In this document: positions 52,036-52,166 of the stretch, in pieces
How positions within the stretch are numbered: position 1 is the first letter of the stretch
How the letters are laid out: each line of letters opens with the position of its first letter
Source: an uncultured delta proteobacterium
Lineage (GTDB): Bacteria > Myxococcota > Myxococcia > Myxococcales > Myxococcaceae
Length of the DNA: 52,166 nt
Assembly: GCA_963771175.1 (NCBI GenBank)
Contig: CAVYSY010000049.1
Coordinates: 1 to 52,166, forward strand
Direction: 5' to 3'
The notes under the pieces: generated by a model
What the model saw: the letters and a program-made list of their open reading frames with translations, nothing else
Databases searched by the model: none
What the model was told of the DNA's origin: nothing
Translations under genes and position numbers: made by a program

Positions 52036-52150
52036 GCGTGCTCCTCACGGGCCTCTCTCCGCCTGCTGGAGGCCACGTGCTGCGGGTGTTCGCATGGACC
52101 GCGCCCGACCTCCAGGAGGTGCTCGGTGTGTCAGGTGAGGGCCTACCCAC

Positions 52151-52166
52151 ACGAGTCGTCTGACAC
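52151..52166 (-). repeat. Arm A, inverted, at the window edge
   Basis: ACGAGTCGTCTGACAC. Confidence 0.9.

Noticed and set aside
1461..52166. Classical integron attC sites
   Set aside because: No RYYYAAC/GTTRRRY ends, no IntI tyrosine recombinase, and cargo lies on both strands.

Overview
High-GC accessory region, very likely myxobacterial (Cystobacter/Archangium-like), judged from MYXO-CTERM-like, ELWxxDGT, DUF2381/DUF5953/DUF6310-like genes and Ser/Thr kinases. The dominant structure is a 52-bp imperfect inverted-repeat element, GGTGTCAGACGACTCGT-AGGGGGCGAGGTGTCGGA-ACGAGTCCTTTGACACC (arm A, spacer, arm B). It occurs whole, as single arms, or as locally stuttered arm clusters at about 25 loci, about 21 in the same orientation. 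It divides the window into segments of roughly 0.4-8 kb carrying unrelated cargo: a HEPN protein, a TerY-P triad, toxin/immunity pairs, methyltransferases, lipoproteins, arsM/arsS and gene fragments cut at the repeat. A HUH/Y1 (RAYT-like) transposase gene at 36775-37706 is itself bracketed by inverted arm-B copies. One segment is present twice, inverted, with homology ending at the repeats. Best reading (inference): a RAYT-associated, integron-like gene-capture/cassette array rather than passive REPIN decoration. Many single-base frameshifts, often in homopolymers, suggest long-read sequence error, so pseudogene calls are uncertain. Family names come from motif recognition, not database searches.
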